From the NCBI GenBank assembly GCA_963803805.1, contig CAWDOD010000011.1, positions 608,001 through 672,000 on the forward strand: a stretch of DNA of 64,000 bases, written 5' to 3'. The DNA comes from an uncultured cyanobacterium. GTDB lineage: Bacteria > Cyanobacteriota > Cyanobacteriia > Cyanobacteriales > CAWCAG01. Both the position numbers and the translations under genes were made by a program. The stretch's first letter is position 1. Each line of letters starts with the position of its first letter. Positions 1 to 9,606 of this stretch are shown here, piece after piece. The notes beneath the pieces were generated by a model. That model was not told where the DNA came from and made no database searches. It saw nothing but the letters and a program-made list of their open reading frames with translations.

Positions 1-580
1 TTAAGCTAGTGGGATCAGGATTGGAGATACCAACTAAATCACCTTGTTGCCAAGTTAAGGCGCGATATTTTCCGAACAAACCAGTACCATATTTGCGGTA
101 GTAACTAGCTAATTCGGCTAAAGCATCTGCCCAATTCTCTTGTTGGGATAAGCAAGTTTTAGTTTTATTAGTTTCTTGCCAAGTAACAGGTTGTTTTGGT
201 AATTCAGCAACCTCCTTTACCCACAAACTCAACTGTTCCCCTGAACAATCATAAACACTTTGCAAGACTTGTAAATCATGCTTCGCTGCGGTTAATAAAG
301 CAGGAGATAAATCTATAAGGGGGCGTTTTTGTACTCCTTGAGAAAAAGGGTTATCATCCTCAAGGATTTGTTGAATCAAGTAATCTTGCCAACTTTGTTC
401 TGTGGTTGCTAAAAGCTGAAACCACTTTCCATAAGCTTGTAAGCAAGAAAGAGGATTTGTGGTTTGCTGTTGTATTGTTTCGAGTAAATTCAGAAATGCT
501 TCCCCGATGGCATCGCTAAATACAGATCGATATAAAAGTAGAGAGGCAATTTTTTGTTGCAGGGCTTTACTTGAGGTCAT
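1..580 (-). CDS. DUF815-family AAA+ ATP-binding protein, N-terminal part (runs off window start)
   Basis: Manual translation from ATG at 580: MTSSKALQQKIASLLLYRSVFSDAIGEAFLNLL...LASYYRKYGTGLFGKYRALTWQQGDLVGISNPDP. Open to the window edge and resembles the cyanobacterial DUF815 N-terminus. The P-loop is not visible in the window. Confidence 0.7.
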   Translation of the reverse strand, partial: MTSSKALQQKIASLLLYRSVFSDAIGEAFLNLLETIQQQTTNPLSCLQAYGKWFQLLATTEQSWQDYLIQQILEDDNPFSQGVQKRPLIDLSPALLTAAKHDLQVLQSVYDCSGEQLSLWVKEVAELPKQPVTWQETNKTKTCLSQQENWADALAELASYYRKYGTGLFGKYRALTWQQGDLVGISNPDPTSL

Positions 581-844
581 GTTTTGATTTGAACCCTTGA
601 ATTTCTACTTAAAAACCACTCTAAGAGTAAGAATACTTTTAAAAAGCTCTTTTTAAGACGCACCTTTTCCACCATATACATAATATCACCTTAAGGAAGA
701 AAAAAGCGGATGCTTTCCAAGCAGCAAGACTTTTCGTTATCTTGAAAGTAAACATATCAATCCTCAAAACTTGCTCTCGAAATCAGGAAATCGACCTCTC
801 TAAGATGAAGAATACCTTAAGCCAAATACACTGATATTGTAGAA

Positions 845-1714
845 ATGAAATCAATCAAACGACTTACTGGCATTCTCTTGGGGCTATCCCTACTGACAAC
901 CCCTGTGTTAGCTGCCACAGAAATAGAAACTAGCGGCGAACCCATTCTTAATCAGGAACTAACCGATGGTAAAGTGCGGGTTATTGTCAACTACGAACCC
1001 ACAGAAAACAGGTTTGAAACCCCCCTAGCTTATCAGATATTTCAGGGCGATACCCTTTATATAGACAGTGCTTCAGAAGGCGCAGGCTACGGTTCTGTCA
1101 AACTAGATGACATCAACAACGATGGAACCAATGAAGTAATTATCCAAACCTACTCTGGCGGCGCTCATTGCTGTACTACCTTTTCAATTTACACTTGGCA
1201 GGGAGATGACTTTGTAGCAGAAACGACAGGCTATCTTGATGGTGGTGGTGGTAGTTTTGAGGATCTTGATGGTGATGGTACAAAAGAGTTCCAGACTTTA
1301 GATAATGCCTTCTTCTACGCTTTTGATAGCTATGCGGGGTCATTTCCTCCCTCAATGATTTTGTCCCTGGAAAATGGACAATTTGTCGATGTCACCAAGC
1401 AATTTCGCCAAAAGCTCAAAGGCCATGCTTGGCAAATGTTTCAAGCTATCCGGGAAAGCCAAGCCCAAGGCTACGGAGCAAATGGTATTTTAGCTGGGTA
1501 TGTGGCTCAAAAGATTTTGTTGGGTGAGTTTGATCAAGGTTGGGAATTTATGCTTGCTAACTATGATCACACCTCTGATTGGGGACTCAAAATTTACAAT
1601 GATCAAAGTGAGGTGATCGGGACTTATACTGATTTTCCCACTGCGCTTCGAGTTTTTCTGATTGATTTGGGATATCTGTTACCCGATGGTACTCCTAACC
1701 CAAATCGAGGCTAA
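845..1714 (+). CDS. Secreted hypothetical protein with YSGGAHCC motif and DxDxDG Ca-binding-like loops (paralogue 1)
   Basis: 289-aa ORF with N-terminal signal peptide (MKSIKRLTGILLGLSLLTTPVLA) and DINNDGTNE and DLDGDGTKE loops. Confidence 0.85.
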   Translation: MKSIKRLTGILLGLSLLTTPVLAATEIETSGEPILNQELTDGKVRVIVNYEPTENRFETPLAYQIFQGDTLYIDSASEGAGYGSVKLDDINNDGTNEVIIQTYSGGAHCCTTFSIYTWQGDDFVAETTGYLDGGGGSFEDLDGDGTKEFQTLDNAFFYAFDSYAGSFPPSMILSLENGQFVDVTKQFRQKLKGHAWQMFQAIRESQAQGYGANGILAGYVAQKILLGEFDQGWEFMLANYDHTSDWGLKIYNDQSEVIGTYTDFPTALRVFLIDLGYLLPDGTPNPNRG

Positions 1715-1764
1715 ATACTAAACAAAAGAATATCTTTAGCTAAATACCCTTACATTATTTAGAG

Positions 1765-2652
1765 ATGAAATCGATAAGACGACTCCCTGGAATACTTTTT
1801 GGGCTATCTGTACTAACTACCCCTCCTGCTTTAGCTGCCACAGAAATAGAATTTAATCACAGAACTCCTGTTATCAATCAAGAACTAACTGACGGTACAG
1901 TGCGAGTTATTTTCAGCTACGAAGAAACAGAAAATAACTTTGATACACCATTAACTTATCAGATATTTCATGGTGATACCCTTTATGTTGACACTGCCTC
2001 AGAAGGAACATCTCGCGGTTCCGTCAAACTTGACGACATCAACAACGATGGAACCAATGAAGTAATTATCCAAACCTACTCTGGCGGCGCTCATTGTTGC
2101 ACCAACTTTTCAATTTACACTTGGCAGGGAGATGACTTTGTAGCAGAATCCACAGGCTATCTTGATGGTGGTGGGGGAGAATTTAAGGATCTTGACGATA
2201 ACATTACTAAAGAGTTTGACAGTTCAGATAATGCTTTTTTATATGCCTTTAGCGGTTATGCTGTCTCGTTTCCTCCCTCAATGATCTTGTCCCTGGAAAA
2301 TGGGCAGTTTGTCGATGTCACCCAACAGTTTCCCCAAAAGTTAAAAAGCCGTGTTTGGCAAATGTTTCTAGCTATCCGAGAACTTCAAGCTCAAGGCTAC
2401 GGAGTAAATGGTATTTTAGCAGGCTATGTGGCTCAAAAGATTTTGTTGGGTGAGTTTGATCAAGGTTGGGAATTTATGCTTGCTAACTATGATCACACCT
2501 CTGATTGGGGACTCGAAATTTACAACGATCAAGGTGAGGTGATCGGGACTTATGCTGATTTTCCCACTGCGCTTCGAGTTTTTCTGATTGATTTGGGATA
2601 TCTATTACCCGATGGTACTCCTAACCCAAACCCCAACCGAAGCAAAGTGTAG
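1765..2652 (+). CDS. Secreted hypothetical protein with YSGGAHCC motif (tandem paralogue 2)
   Basis: 295-aa ORF, collinear and highly similar to 845..1714. Confidence 0.85.
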   Translation: MKSIRRLPGILFGLSVLTTPPALAATEIEFNHRTPVINQELTDGTVRVIFSYEETENNFDTPLTYQIFHGDTLYVDTASEGTSRGSVKLDDINNDGTNEVIIQTYSGGAHCCTNFSIYTWQGDDFVAESTGYLDGGGGEFKDLDDNITKEFDSSDNAFLYAFSGYAVSFPPSMILSLENGQFVDVTQQFPQKLKSRVWQMFLAIRELQAQGYGVNGILAGYVAQKILLGEFDQGWEFMLANYDHTSDWGLEIYNDQGEVIGTYADFPTALRVFLIDLGYLLPDGTPNPNPNRSKV

Positions 2653-2891
2653 AAGCCTATAACTCCCTAAATTGAAAATGAAAATTTGTTGAGGTGCGAT
2701 CGCAACAGTTTTTATGCAGCAGTACTTTGAGCCAGGGGCTTTTCACAAGAATGAGAACAAGAGATGTTTTAATAATCCTTAACCATTCTTTCTCACATAA
2801 ATGCTAAAATTGATTTAAGAAGAGCGGAAACAAAAAACCATCGGTTAGATTAGAACTGGGAAACTCCTTAGAGATAATGGAACCTTGAGAT

Positions 2892-3469
2892 ATGTCACTC
2901 TTCTACCTTTTATGCTTAATTCTTGGCGGAATCTTTGTTTTTCTAGCTGCTTTTGGAGGGCTTGATGGCATAGACTTTGACAATGATTTTGATGCAGATA
3001 TAGATGTTAAAGAGCCATCTCAAGGAAAAACATCTCCTCGAGGCGTATTTGGTTACCTTTTTTAAGTTTCAAGTTTTGGACATTTGGAGTCTGCTTTTTT
3101 GGACTTACGGGAGTACTACTTAATTGGCTACAACCCGATCTCAGCCCACCCATAGTTGCGTCAACATCTGCTGTTATCGGCTTAATCTGTGGCACTACCG
3201 TGGCTTGGGTGTTACATAGCTTGCGAAATGACACCGTTAATAGCCTTATGAGTGCAGAGGATTTAGTCGGTCTTTCTGGAACTGTGGAACTTCCTTTTGA
3301 TGTTAATAGTAGGGGTAAAGTACGGCTAGAATTTAATGGCTCAGCAATGGACTTAATTGCTTTTACTCAAGAGTCTCATCAATTTGTCAGAGGAGAAAGG
3401 GTGTTTGTGGTGGGTATGGAAGAAAACCGAGTTTGGGTTGTCTCAGAAGATGCTCTTAAGCAGTCCTGA
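2892..3469 (+). CDS. NfeD-like membrane protein (YqiJ/YuaF type) with one apparent frameshift
   Basis: ATG 2892 gives MSLFYLLCLILGGIFVFLAAFGGLDGIDFD. Adding one A to the A5 run at 3026-3030 joins it to RRIWLPFLSFKFWTFGVCFFGLTG and the OB-fold C-terminus (GTVELPF...GKVRLE...GERVFVVGME). Lies upstream of flotillins. Confidence 0.75.
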
Positions 3470-3511
3470 GTAATTAACGTTTATCAATCACCTAAAATTA
3501 ACTTTTCAGCT

Positions 3512-4850
3512 ATGACACACTTTCAATCATTTAATCACGATCAGCAATCTTTAGTGGCTCAAGTGGATATCACCCCATCGGTAGTTGCTTCCTAGCAGAA
3601 GAAAATTACATCGGGGCAACATTACCGATCGCTTTAGGGTTATTCGGTTTGATTTTGCTAATCTGGTTTCTCAATACCTTCTTGCAAATTCGCAAACCAA
3701 ATGAAATCTTAGTGCTTTCTGGTCGCAAACACAAAACCAATAATGGTAAAACCGTCGGTTATCGAGTTATTAGTGGCGGCAGTACTATTTGCGTCCCCTT
3801 CCTCGAACAAGTAAAGCGTATGGACTTAACCACTATGCCTGTGCCTGTGGAAGTGACAAATGCTTATTCTAAGGGAGGAACACCTTTAAATATTCAGGCT
3901 GTTGCTAACGTCAAAATCTCTAGTGACCCCGGTATGTAGGTAATGCTATTGAACGTTTTTTAGACCGCGATCGCAAAGAAATTGTGCGGGTTGCTAGGGA
4001 AACATTAGAAGGAAATTTACGAGGTGTGGTAGCCACCCTAACCCCAGAGCAGTTGAATGAAGATCGCCTGAGATTTGCTGAACGCATTGCCGAGGATGTT
4101 TCCCGTGACTTAACCAAACTCGGTTTACACATTGATACCCTGAAAGTTCAAAGTGTTTCTGATGATGTAGAATATCTCAACTCCATTGGCAGACAGCAAA
4201 TTGCTTTAATCGTGCGGGATGCAGAAATGGCAGAATCCGATGCGATTGCAGAGGCAGAACAAATTGAGTCGGACACTGAACGAACCTCAAAAGTTGCTCA
4301 AACCAAAGCTCGTACTGTTATTCAAGAAAAAGAAAACGAACTCCGCAAAGTTAAAGCTGGGTTGGAACAAAAAGCCCGTTCCGAGGAAGAGCGTACCTTG
4401 GCAGCAGCGAAAGAGGCAAGGGCGAGGGCAGAACAACAACTGCAAACCGTTAGAGCAGAATTAGAACGTTTGCGCTTAAAAGTAGAGGAAATTCTCCCAG
4501 CAGAAGCACAACAACAAGCAGAGGAGTTAAAGGCGAAAGGAGAAGCTTCTGTGTTGGCAGAAAATGCCAAGGCAGCAGCGATGGTTAACGAAATGCTTTC
4601 TCAAGTTTGGCAAGAGTCAGGGAGTGATGCTTCGGAATTGTTCTTTATTCAACAAATTGAAACTGTTCTCCGGGATGCAGCCAAAATTCCTGGTCGCATC
4701 CATCTGCAAAATGTCAATGTCATCGATAACGGCGACGGTAAATCCATTGCCAGCTTGGTTAACGCTTACCCAGAAATTGTCCGCAGGTTCCTTGATCAGG
4801 TTAATGACACCCTTGGTATTGATGTTTTGGGAACACTGAAGGATAAATGA
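3512..4850 (+). CDS. Flotillin/SPFH family protein 1 with two apparent frameshifts
   Basis: Motifs PNEILVLSGR, AYSKGGTPLNIQAVANVKI, ETLEGNLRGV and an AEA/coiled-coil flotillin tail. The frame is restored by adding single bases near 3591 and near 3927-3935. Confidence 0.85.
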
Positions 4851-4988
4851 TCAGTGAACAATGATGTCTTCGACAAGGGTAAGCCCTACAGTTATCAATG
4901 ATCAGTAATTTCTTGGTTAGACCTTATTCTCTATTAGGTTGCCCTAAAGAGTTCAATTAAAAAGTAGCAAAATTGGAGAAAATCAATT

Positions 4989-6510
4989 ATGTTGGGAACA
5001 TTAATTGCCTTACTAGCTAGTTTAGGGAGTTGGTACAGGTGCAATTGTTTTGGTTATTAAGAACCTTTTGTATATTTGTCAGCCTAATGAAGTTTTGATT
5101 TTTGCTGGTACTAGTCGCAAATATGAGAGAAGATTTTCGGCTATCGTACCGTTAAAGGCGGCCGTAGTATTCGCACCCCCATCTTTGAACGGGCTTATAA
5201 GATGGACTTGACCAATATGATTATTGATTTAAAGGTTGCTAATGCTTACTCTAAAGGGGGCATTCCTTTAACAGTAAATGGAGTTGCTAATATTAAAATT
5301 GCTGGGGAAGAACCGACTATTCACAATGCCATCGAACGGCTTTTAGGTAAGACTCGTAAGCAAATTGAAACCATTGCTAGGGAAACTTTAGAAGGGAATC
5401 TGCGGGGGGTTTTGTCTTCCCTAACTCCAGAACAGGTTAATGAAGATAAGATTGCTTTTGCCCAAAGTTTGTTAGAAGAAGCAGAAGATGATTTAGAAAA
5501 ATTGGGGTTACTTTTGGATAACCTACAAATCCAAAATATCTCCGATGATGTGGGATATTTAGATTCTCTAGGACGTAAGCAAGGTGCGGAATTAGTTAGA
5601 GATGCAAGAATTGCTGAAGCCCAGGCCCATGCAGAATCAGTAATTCAACAAGCTGAAAATGACCGCAAAACTTCTATCAAACGCATCGAAACACAAATTG
5701 AAATTGCTAGGGCAGAGGCAGAAAGAAGGGTTCAAGATGCTTTGACTAAGCGTAAGGCAGTAGTCGCAGAATCAGAGTCTCAAATTGCGTCAGAATTAGC
5801 AAGAACCCAAGCGGATTTGTTGGTACAAGCAGAACGGATCAAACAGGTGGAACAGCAACTACAAGCGGATGTAGTAGCCCCGGCAGAAGCAGGTTGCCAA
5901 GCGGGCGATCGCCCAGGCGAGAGGTAAGGCTGCAAGTATTATTGAAGATGGTAAAGCCCAAGCAGAGGGTACAAAACGCCTTGCTGAATCTTGGCAACAA
6001 GCAGGGGCAAATGCTAGGGAAATCTTCTTGTTTCAAAAGCTGGAAACCCTTTTAAACACCATGGTTACTTCTGTGCCAGAAGTAGATGTGCAACAGGTCA
6101 CTGTTATTGATGCCCAAGGCGGTACAACTGCGACGAAAACTGCTTCTTTTCTAGAACAGTTGCGTCAAACTACGGGTATAGATGTTACTGGGGTAGTTAA
6201 TCGCTTGGGAGGAGTAAGTTCTCAACTCGCCCCAACTATTCAAGATAATAATCTAGGTCAAGGTTCTAGTGAGGAAGCTACTCGTTTGTATGCAGAAGTA
6301 CAACAATTACTGAATAAGTTAGCAGAGAAAAATCCTTCTCAACATCAAACTGAGGAGACTGTTAAAAAGGTAATTAAACGCTCTCCCCAACTTAAAAGTC
6401 GTTTAAGAAGAGCATTAGAAGCAGGGGGGGATGCTTCTATTGATATGCTATTTGAACATCCTTTGGTTAACATCCCCAACAAAATGATTGAGGCTTGGTT
6501 AGAAGAATAA
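4989..6510 (+). CDS. Flotillin/SPFH family protein 2 with three apparent frameshifts and a C-terminal helical extension
   Basis: ATG 4989 gives MLGTLIALLASL, then YICQPNEVLIFAG, GYRTVKGGRSIR, AYSKGGIPLTV and ETLEGNLRGVL. Single-base indels near 5025-5027, 5125 and ~5900 split it into ORFs 5202..5927 and 6028..6510. Confidence 0.85.
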
Positions 6511-6596
6511 AGTATAAGGCTGCGATCGCAATTAGGAAATTGCAGCAAGTAGAGAGTAATAATTTCTACTCCCTACTCCTTCAGCAGCAAAATCGC

Positions 6597-8465
6597 CTAA
6601 CCTTCAGGCAAATTAGCTTTTCCTAATAATTCTTGCAATTCTTCTCCTTCAATTACTTCTTGTTCTAGGATATTTTGGGCGATCGCTTCTAATAAGTCTC
6701 GGTTTCCTTTGAGAATATGCAAAGCTTTTTGATGCCCGCCTTCAACAATATCTTTCACTTCTTGGTCAATTGCTAAAGCTGTCTCATCACTAACATAGCG
6801 GCGAGGGTTCATCATGCCCCCTTCCCCTAAAAAGCTGTTTTGTTGCCCTTTTTCATAGGCCAAAGGTCCGAGAACTTTACTCATACCGTAGGTTGTAACC
6901 ATGCGTTCAGCTAAATCTGTAGCCCGTTGTAGGTCGTTTGCAGCCCCAGTGGTAATGCTATTGAAGACAACTTCTTCTGCTGCCCTTCCCCCCAACATAG
7001 TGGCAATTTGGTCCCGCAATTCCGATTCACTCATCAAAAAGCGGTCTTCTGTAGGCATTTGCAAGGTGTAACCCAAGGCAGCCATACCACGAGGCACAAT
7101 GGATATTTTAGAAACTTTGCCTCCCCCTGGCATCAATGCCCCCACTAAAGCGTGACCAACTTCATGGTAAGCAACAATCTTCTTCTCCTTTTCATTAAGG
7201 ACGCGGCTTTTCTTCTCTAAACCAGCCACAACCCGTTCAATTGCTTCTGCAAAGTCACTTTGACCAACCCTAGTTTTGCCTTCCCTTGCTGCTAGTAAGG
7301 CAGCTTCATTAACTAAGTTAGCAAGGTCTGCACCTGCAAAACCTGGGGTACGGGTAGCTAATTCCTTGAGGTTAACGTTGTCTCCTAATTTAACTTTTTG
7401 GGCATAGATTTCCAGAATTTTTAAACGTCCTGCTAAATCGGGTCTGTCTACCAAAACTTGGCGATCAAAGCGGCCAGGGCGTAATAAAGCTGGGTCAAGG
7501 GTTTCCGGGCGGTTAGTGGCAGCAAGAACAATTACTGTAGCATCTCCGGCAGAGAAGCCGTCCATTTCTGTCAGCAATTGGTTTAGGGTTTGTTCCCTCT
7601 CATCGTTGCCCCCCATAAAACCATTGCCCCCAGCACGAGATTTGCCAATGGCATCTAACTCATCAATAAAGATAATGCAGGGTGCTTTTTGCTTTGCCTG
7701 TTCAAATAAGTCCCTTACCCTAGCTGCACCAGCCCCCACAAATAGTTCTACAAATTCAGAACCGGAGATGCTAAAAAAGGAGACTCCAGCTTCACCTGCA
7801 ACAGCTTTAGCTAAAAGGGTTTTACCAGTTCCTGGCGGTCCTACTAATAATACTCCTCTCGGTATACGGGCCCCGATGTTGATGTAGCGTTGGGGATTTT
7901 TGAGAAATTCGACAATTTCTACTAATTCTGTTTTGGCTTCTTCTACTCCTGCAACATCTTCAAATGTGGTTTTAGTGTCATCGTCTTCTACATAAACTTT
8001 GGCTTTACTTTTATTAATTGACAAGGCTCCTTGAGGTCCGCCGCCTATTCCTCTTCCTAAGAATAATTGCCATATAGCCACAAAGATTAAAGGGGGAATT
8101 ACCCAACCTAGAATACGTCCAATCCAAGCAGTTCTAGAAGGAGGTGGTGCAGCAAACTCTACCCCTTTTTCTTCTAAGCGATTTGGTAATTCTAAATCTA
8201 AAATTGGGGTAGTTTCTAGTACTTGACCCTGCTCATTTTCTTCTCCTTGAATTTGATAGCGGATACGATTTTGTCCTAAAGAGACTCTTTCTACTTGCCC
8301 TTCTTCAACTTGGTCAATGAAGAAACTATAGGGTACTTGGGGAATTTGAGGTCCAAATAATGTTGGTAGAATTAGATTGGCCAGTAAGTAAATAGTTCCT
8401 AACCAAAATAGTATATTAGCTATGGGAGGAGTTCGTGGTCGTTTAGGTTTGTCTTTGACGCTCAT
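6597..8465 (-). CDS. ftsH: ATP-dependent zinc metalloprotease FtsH (FtsH4-like)
   Basis: Two TM segments, Walker A GPPGTGKT, Walker B IIFIDE, SRH RPGRFDR and zinc motif HEVGH. Confidence 0.97.
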   Translation of the reverse strand: MSVKDKPKRPRTPPIANILFWLGTIYLLANLILPTLFGPQIPQVPYSFFIDQVEEGQVERVSLGQNRIRYQIQGEENEQGQVLETTPILDLELPNRLEEKGVEFAAPPPSRTAWIGRILGWVIPPLIFVAIWQLFLGRGIGGGPQGALSINKSKAKVYVEDDDTKTTFEDVAGVEEAKTELVEIVEFLKNPQRYINIGARIPRGVLLVGPPGTGKTLLAKAVAGEAGVSFFSISGSEFVELFVGAGAARVRDLFEQAKQKAPCIIFIDELDAIGKSRAGGNGFMGGNDEREQTLNQLLTEMDGFSAGDATVIVLAATNRPETLDPALLRPGRFDRQVLVDRPDLAGRLKILEIYAQKVKLGDNVNLKELATRTPGFAGADLANLVNEAALLAAREGKTRVGQSDFAEAIERVVAGLEKKSRVLNEKEKKIVAYHEVGHALVGALMPGGGKVSKISIVPRGMAALGYTLQMPTEDRFLMSESELRDQIATMLGGRAAEEVVFNSITTGAANDLQRATDLAERMVTTYGMSKVLGPLAYEKGQQNSFLGEGGMMNPRRYVSDETALAIDQEVKDIVEGGHQKALHILKGNRDLLEAIAQNILEQEVIEGEELQELLGKANLPEG

Positions 8466-8639
8466 ACTTTAAATTTTGCTTGATAATTTCACTATTAATG
8501 ACAATGAAAACTGTTATATCTTTATTTTAAGTTGTCAGGGGATAACTTAAGTGATTAATTTGGCTTTGATAGCTGATAATTATGCCTTAAGAAAGGTAAT
8601 TATTTTTAAAAGTAGTTCTTAAGAAATAGAATTGCTCAT

Positions 8640-8783
8640 CATCTAAGAAATGAGCAGTTAGCCATTACCAAACTGCCTTCTTCCAACTCAAGTTTTTTAA
8701 AACTTTCAGCAATTCTAATCCAATCTAAATCCTTTAGGCAATGAGTTAAAATCAGAAATAGTTACTCCTAATTATTCAGCCAT
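8640..8783 (-). pseudogene. Remnant of the C-terminus of an ImmA/IrrE-family metallopeptidase gene
   Basis: Minus strand reads MAE*LGVTISD / LTHCLKDLDWIRIAESFKKL, with a stop and a frameshift. This resembles, from memory, the xELGVTISNLTxRLxDLGWI tail of cyanobacterial ImmA/IrrE proteins that follow XRE genes. No HExxH remains. Confidence 0.5.
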
Positions 8784-9118
8784 TCCCTGTTGCTTGCTTC
8801 TTGGAAGACTTTCTGTGCAAACTCTGGGTTTTCCTTCATTCTGCGGAATAAAGAAGGCATGGCTTTGTAGTTTTCTTTCAGGAAATCTTTTTCACCGTGG
8901 GGAACTCTGCCTGCAAGATAGATTAATTCTTCTGCATTCAAGTCTAGGTGGGTTGCTAAGGCACGGATAACTTCCTCTTTGGGAGAATAATCGGCACGGT
9001 TGTTCTCTAGCTTCGATAAATAGGTGAAGTCAAGCTTGACTAACTTAGCCAAGTCTCTTTGGCTATATCCCTTATCCTTTCGTGCTTGGCGAATTATTTG
9101 ACCGAAGTTGTGATTCAC
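8768..9118 (-). CDS. XRE-family helix-turn-helix transcriptional regulator
   Basis: FGQIIRQARKDKGYSQRDLAKLVKLDFTYLSKLENN HTH_3 pattern. GTG 9118 preferred over the longer ORF start at 9178. Confidence 0.9.
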   Translation of the reverse strand: MNHNFGQIIRQARKDKGYSQRDLAKLVKLDFTYLSKLENNRADYSPKEEVIRALATHLDLNAEELIYLAGRVPHGEKDFLKENYKAMPSLFRRMKENPEFAQKVFQEASNREWLNN

Positions 9119-9146
9119 TGTTTTAACCTTGGGAAGCTTAAAGACT

Positions 9147-9218
9147 ATTTTACAATGGCTTGACGAAAAATTCAACATGAGGTTATGCTGGTAGCAACAA
9201 AGTTGATTTTTACATCAA
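9147..9218. promoter_or_regulatory. Back-to-back sigma70-like promoters with two TTGA-N8-TCAA palindromes (candidate XRE operators)
   Basis: Minus strand: TTGAAT(9175-9170)-17 nt-TAAAAT(9152-9147). Plus strand: TTGACG(9160)-18 nt-TATGCT(9184). Palindromes at 9160-9175 and 9203-9218. Confidence 0.5.
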
Positions 9219-9297
9219 TTCGGGTGTTCACCCTGCATAATACCTTTTTTCCCAGTTATCATTGGCTATTTAACAACAGGTTGCCAGTGGCAATTAA

Positions 9298-9513
9298 TCA
9301 GTAAAGAAAAAGGGCGTTGGTAATAATGTCAAATTGTAGTGGAGATAAGCATAACGAGAGGAATTTATATAAAGCTTTCCCCTGGCAATTACCAAATATA
9401 ATAACCTTAGTTCTTGGCAAAAGCACTAATGATCTTTTAGCTATTTTTTTGCTATTGACACTAAACCAGGAAAGTGAAGCTTTCATATATTTAATGAACC
9501 TATAGACAAACAA
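9298..9513 (-). pseudogene. Possible fragment of a WcbI-like polysaccharide biosynthesis protein
   Basis: Short ORF containing KVIIFGNCQG, which resembles the WcbI N-terminal GNCQ motif. It directly follows a glycosyltransferase on the same strand and is truncated. Confidence 0.3.
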
Positions 9514-9606
9514 ATAGTAATTTAATTGTTATTTTTCCTAATTTCAAATCAAAGAATCTTGGCTTACTCTATCCTACGGAACAACGAGAAAGTTTTCAGC
9601 TATGAA

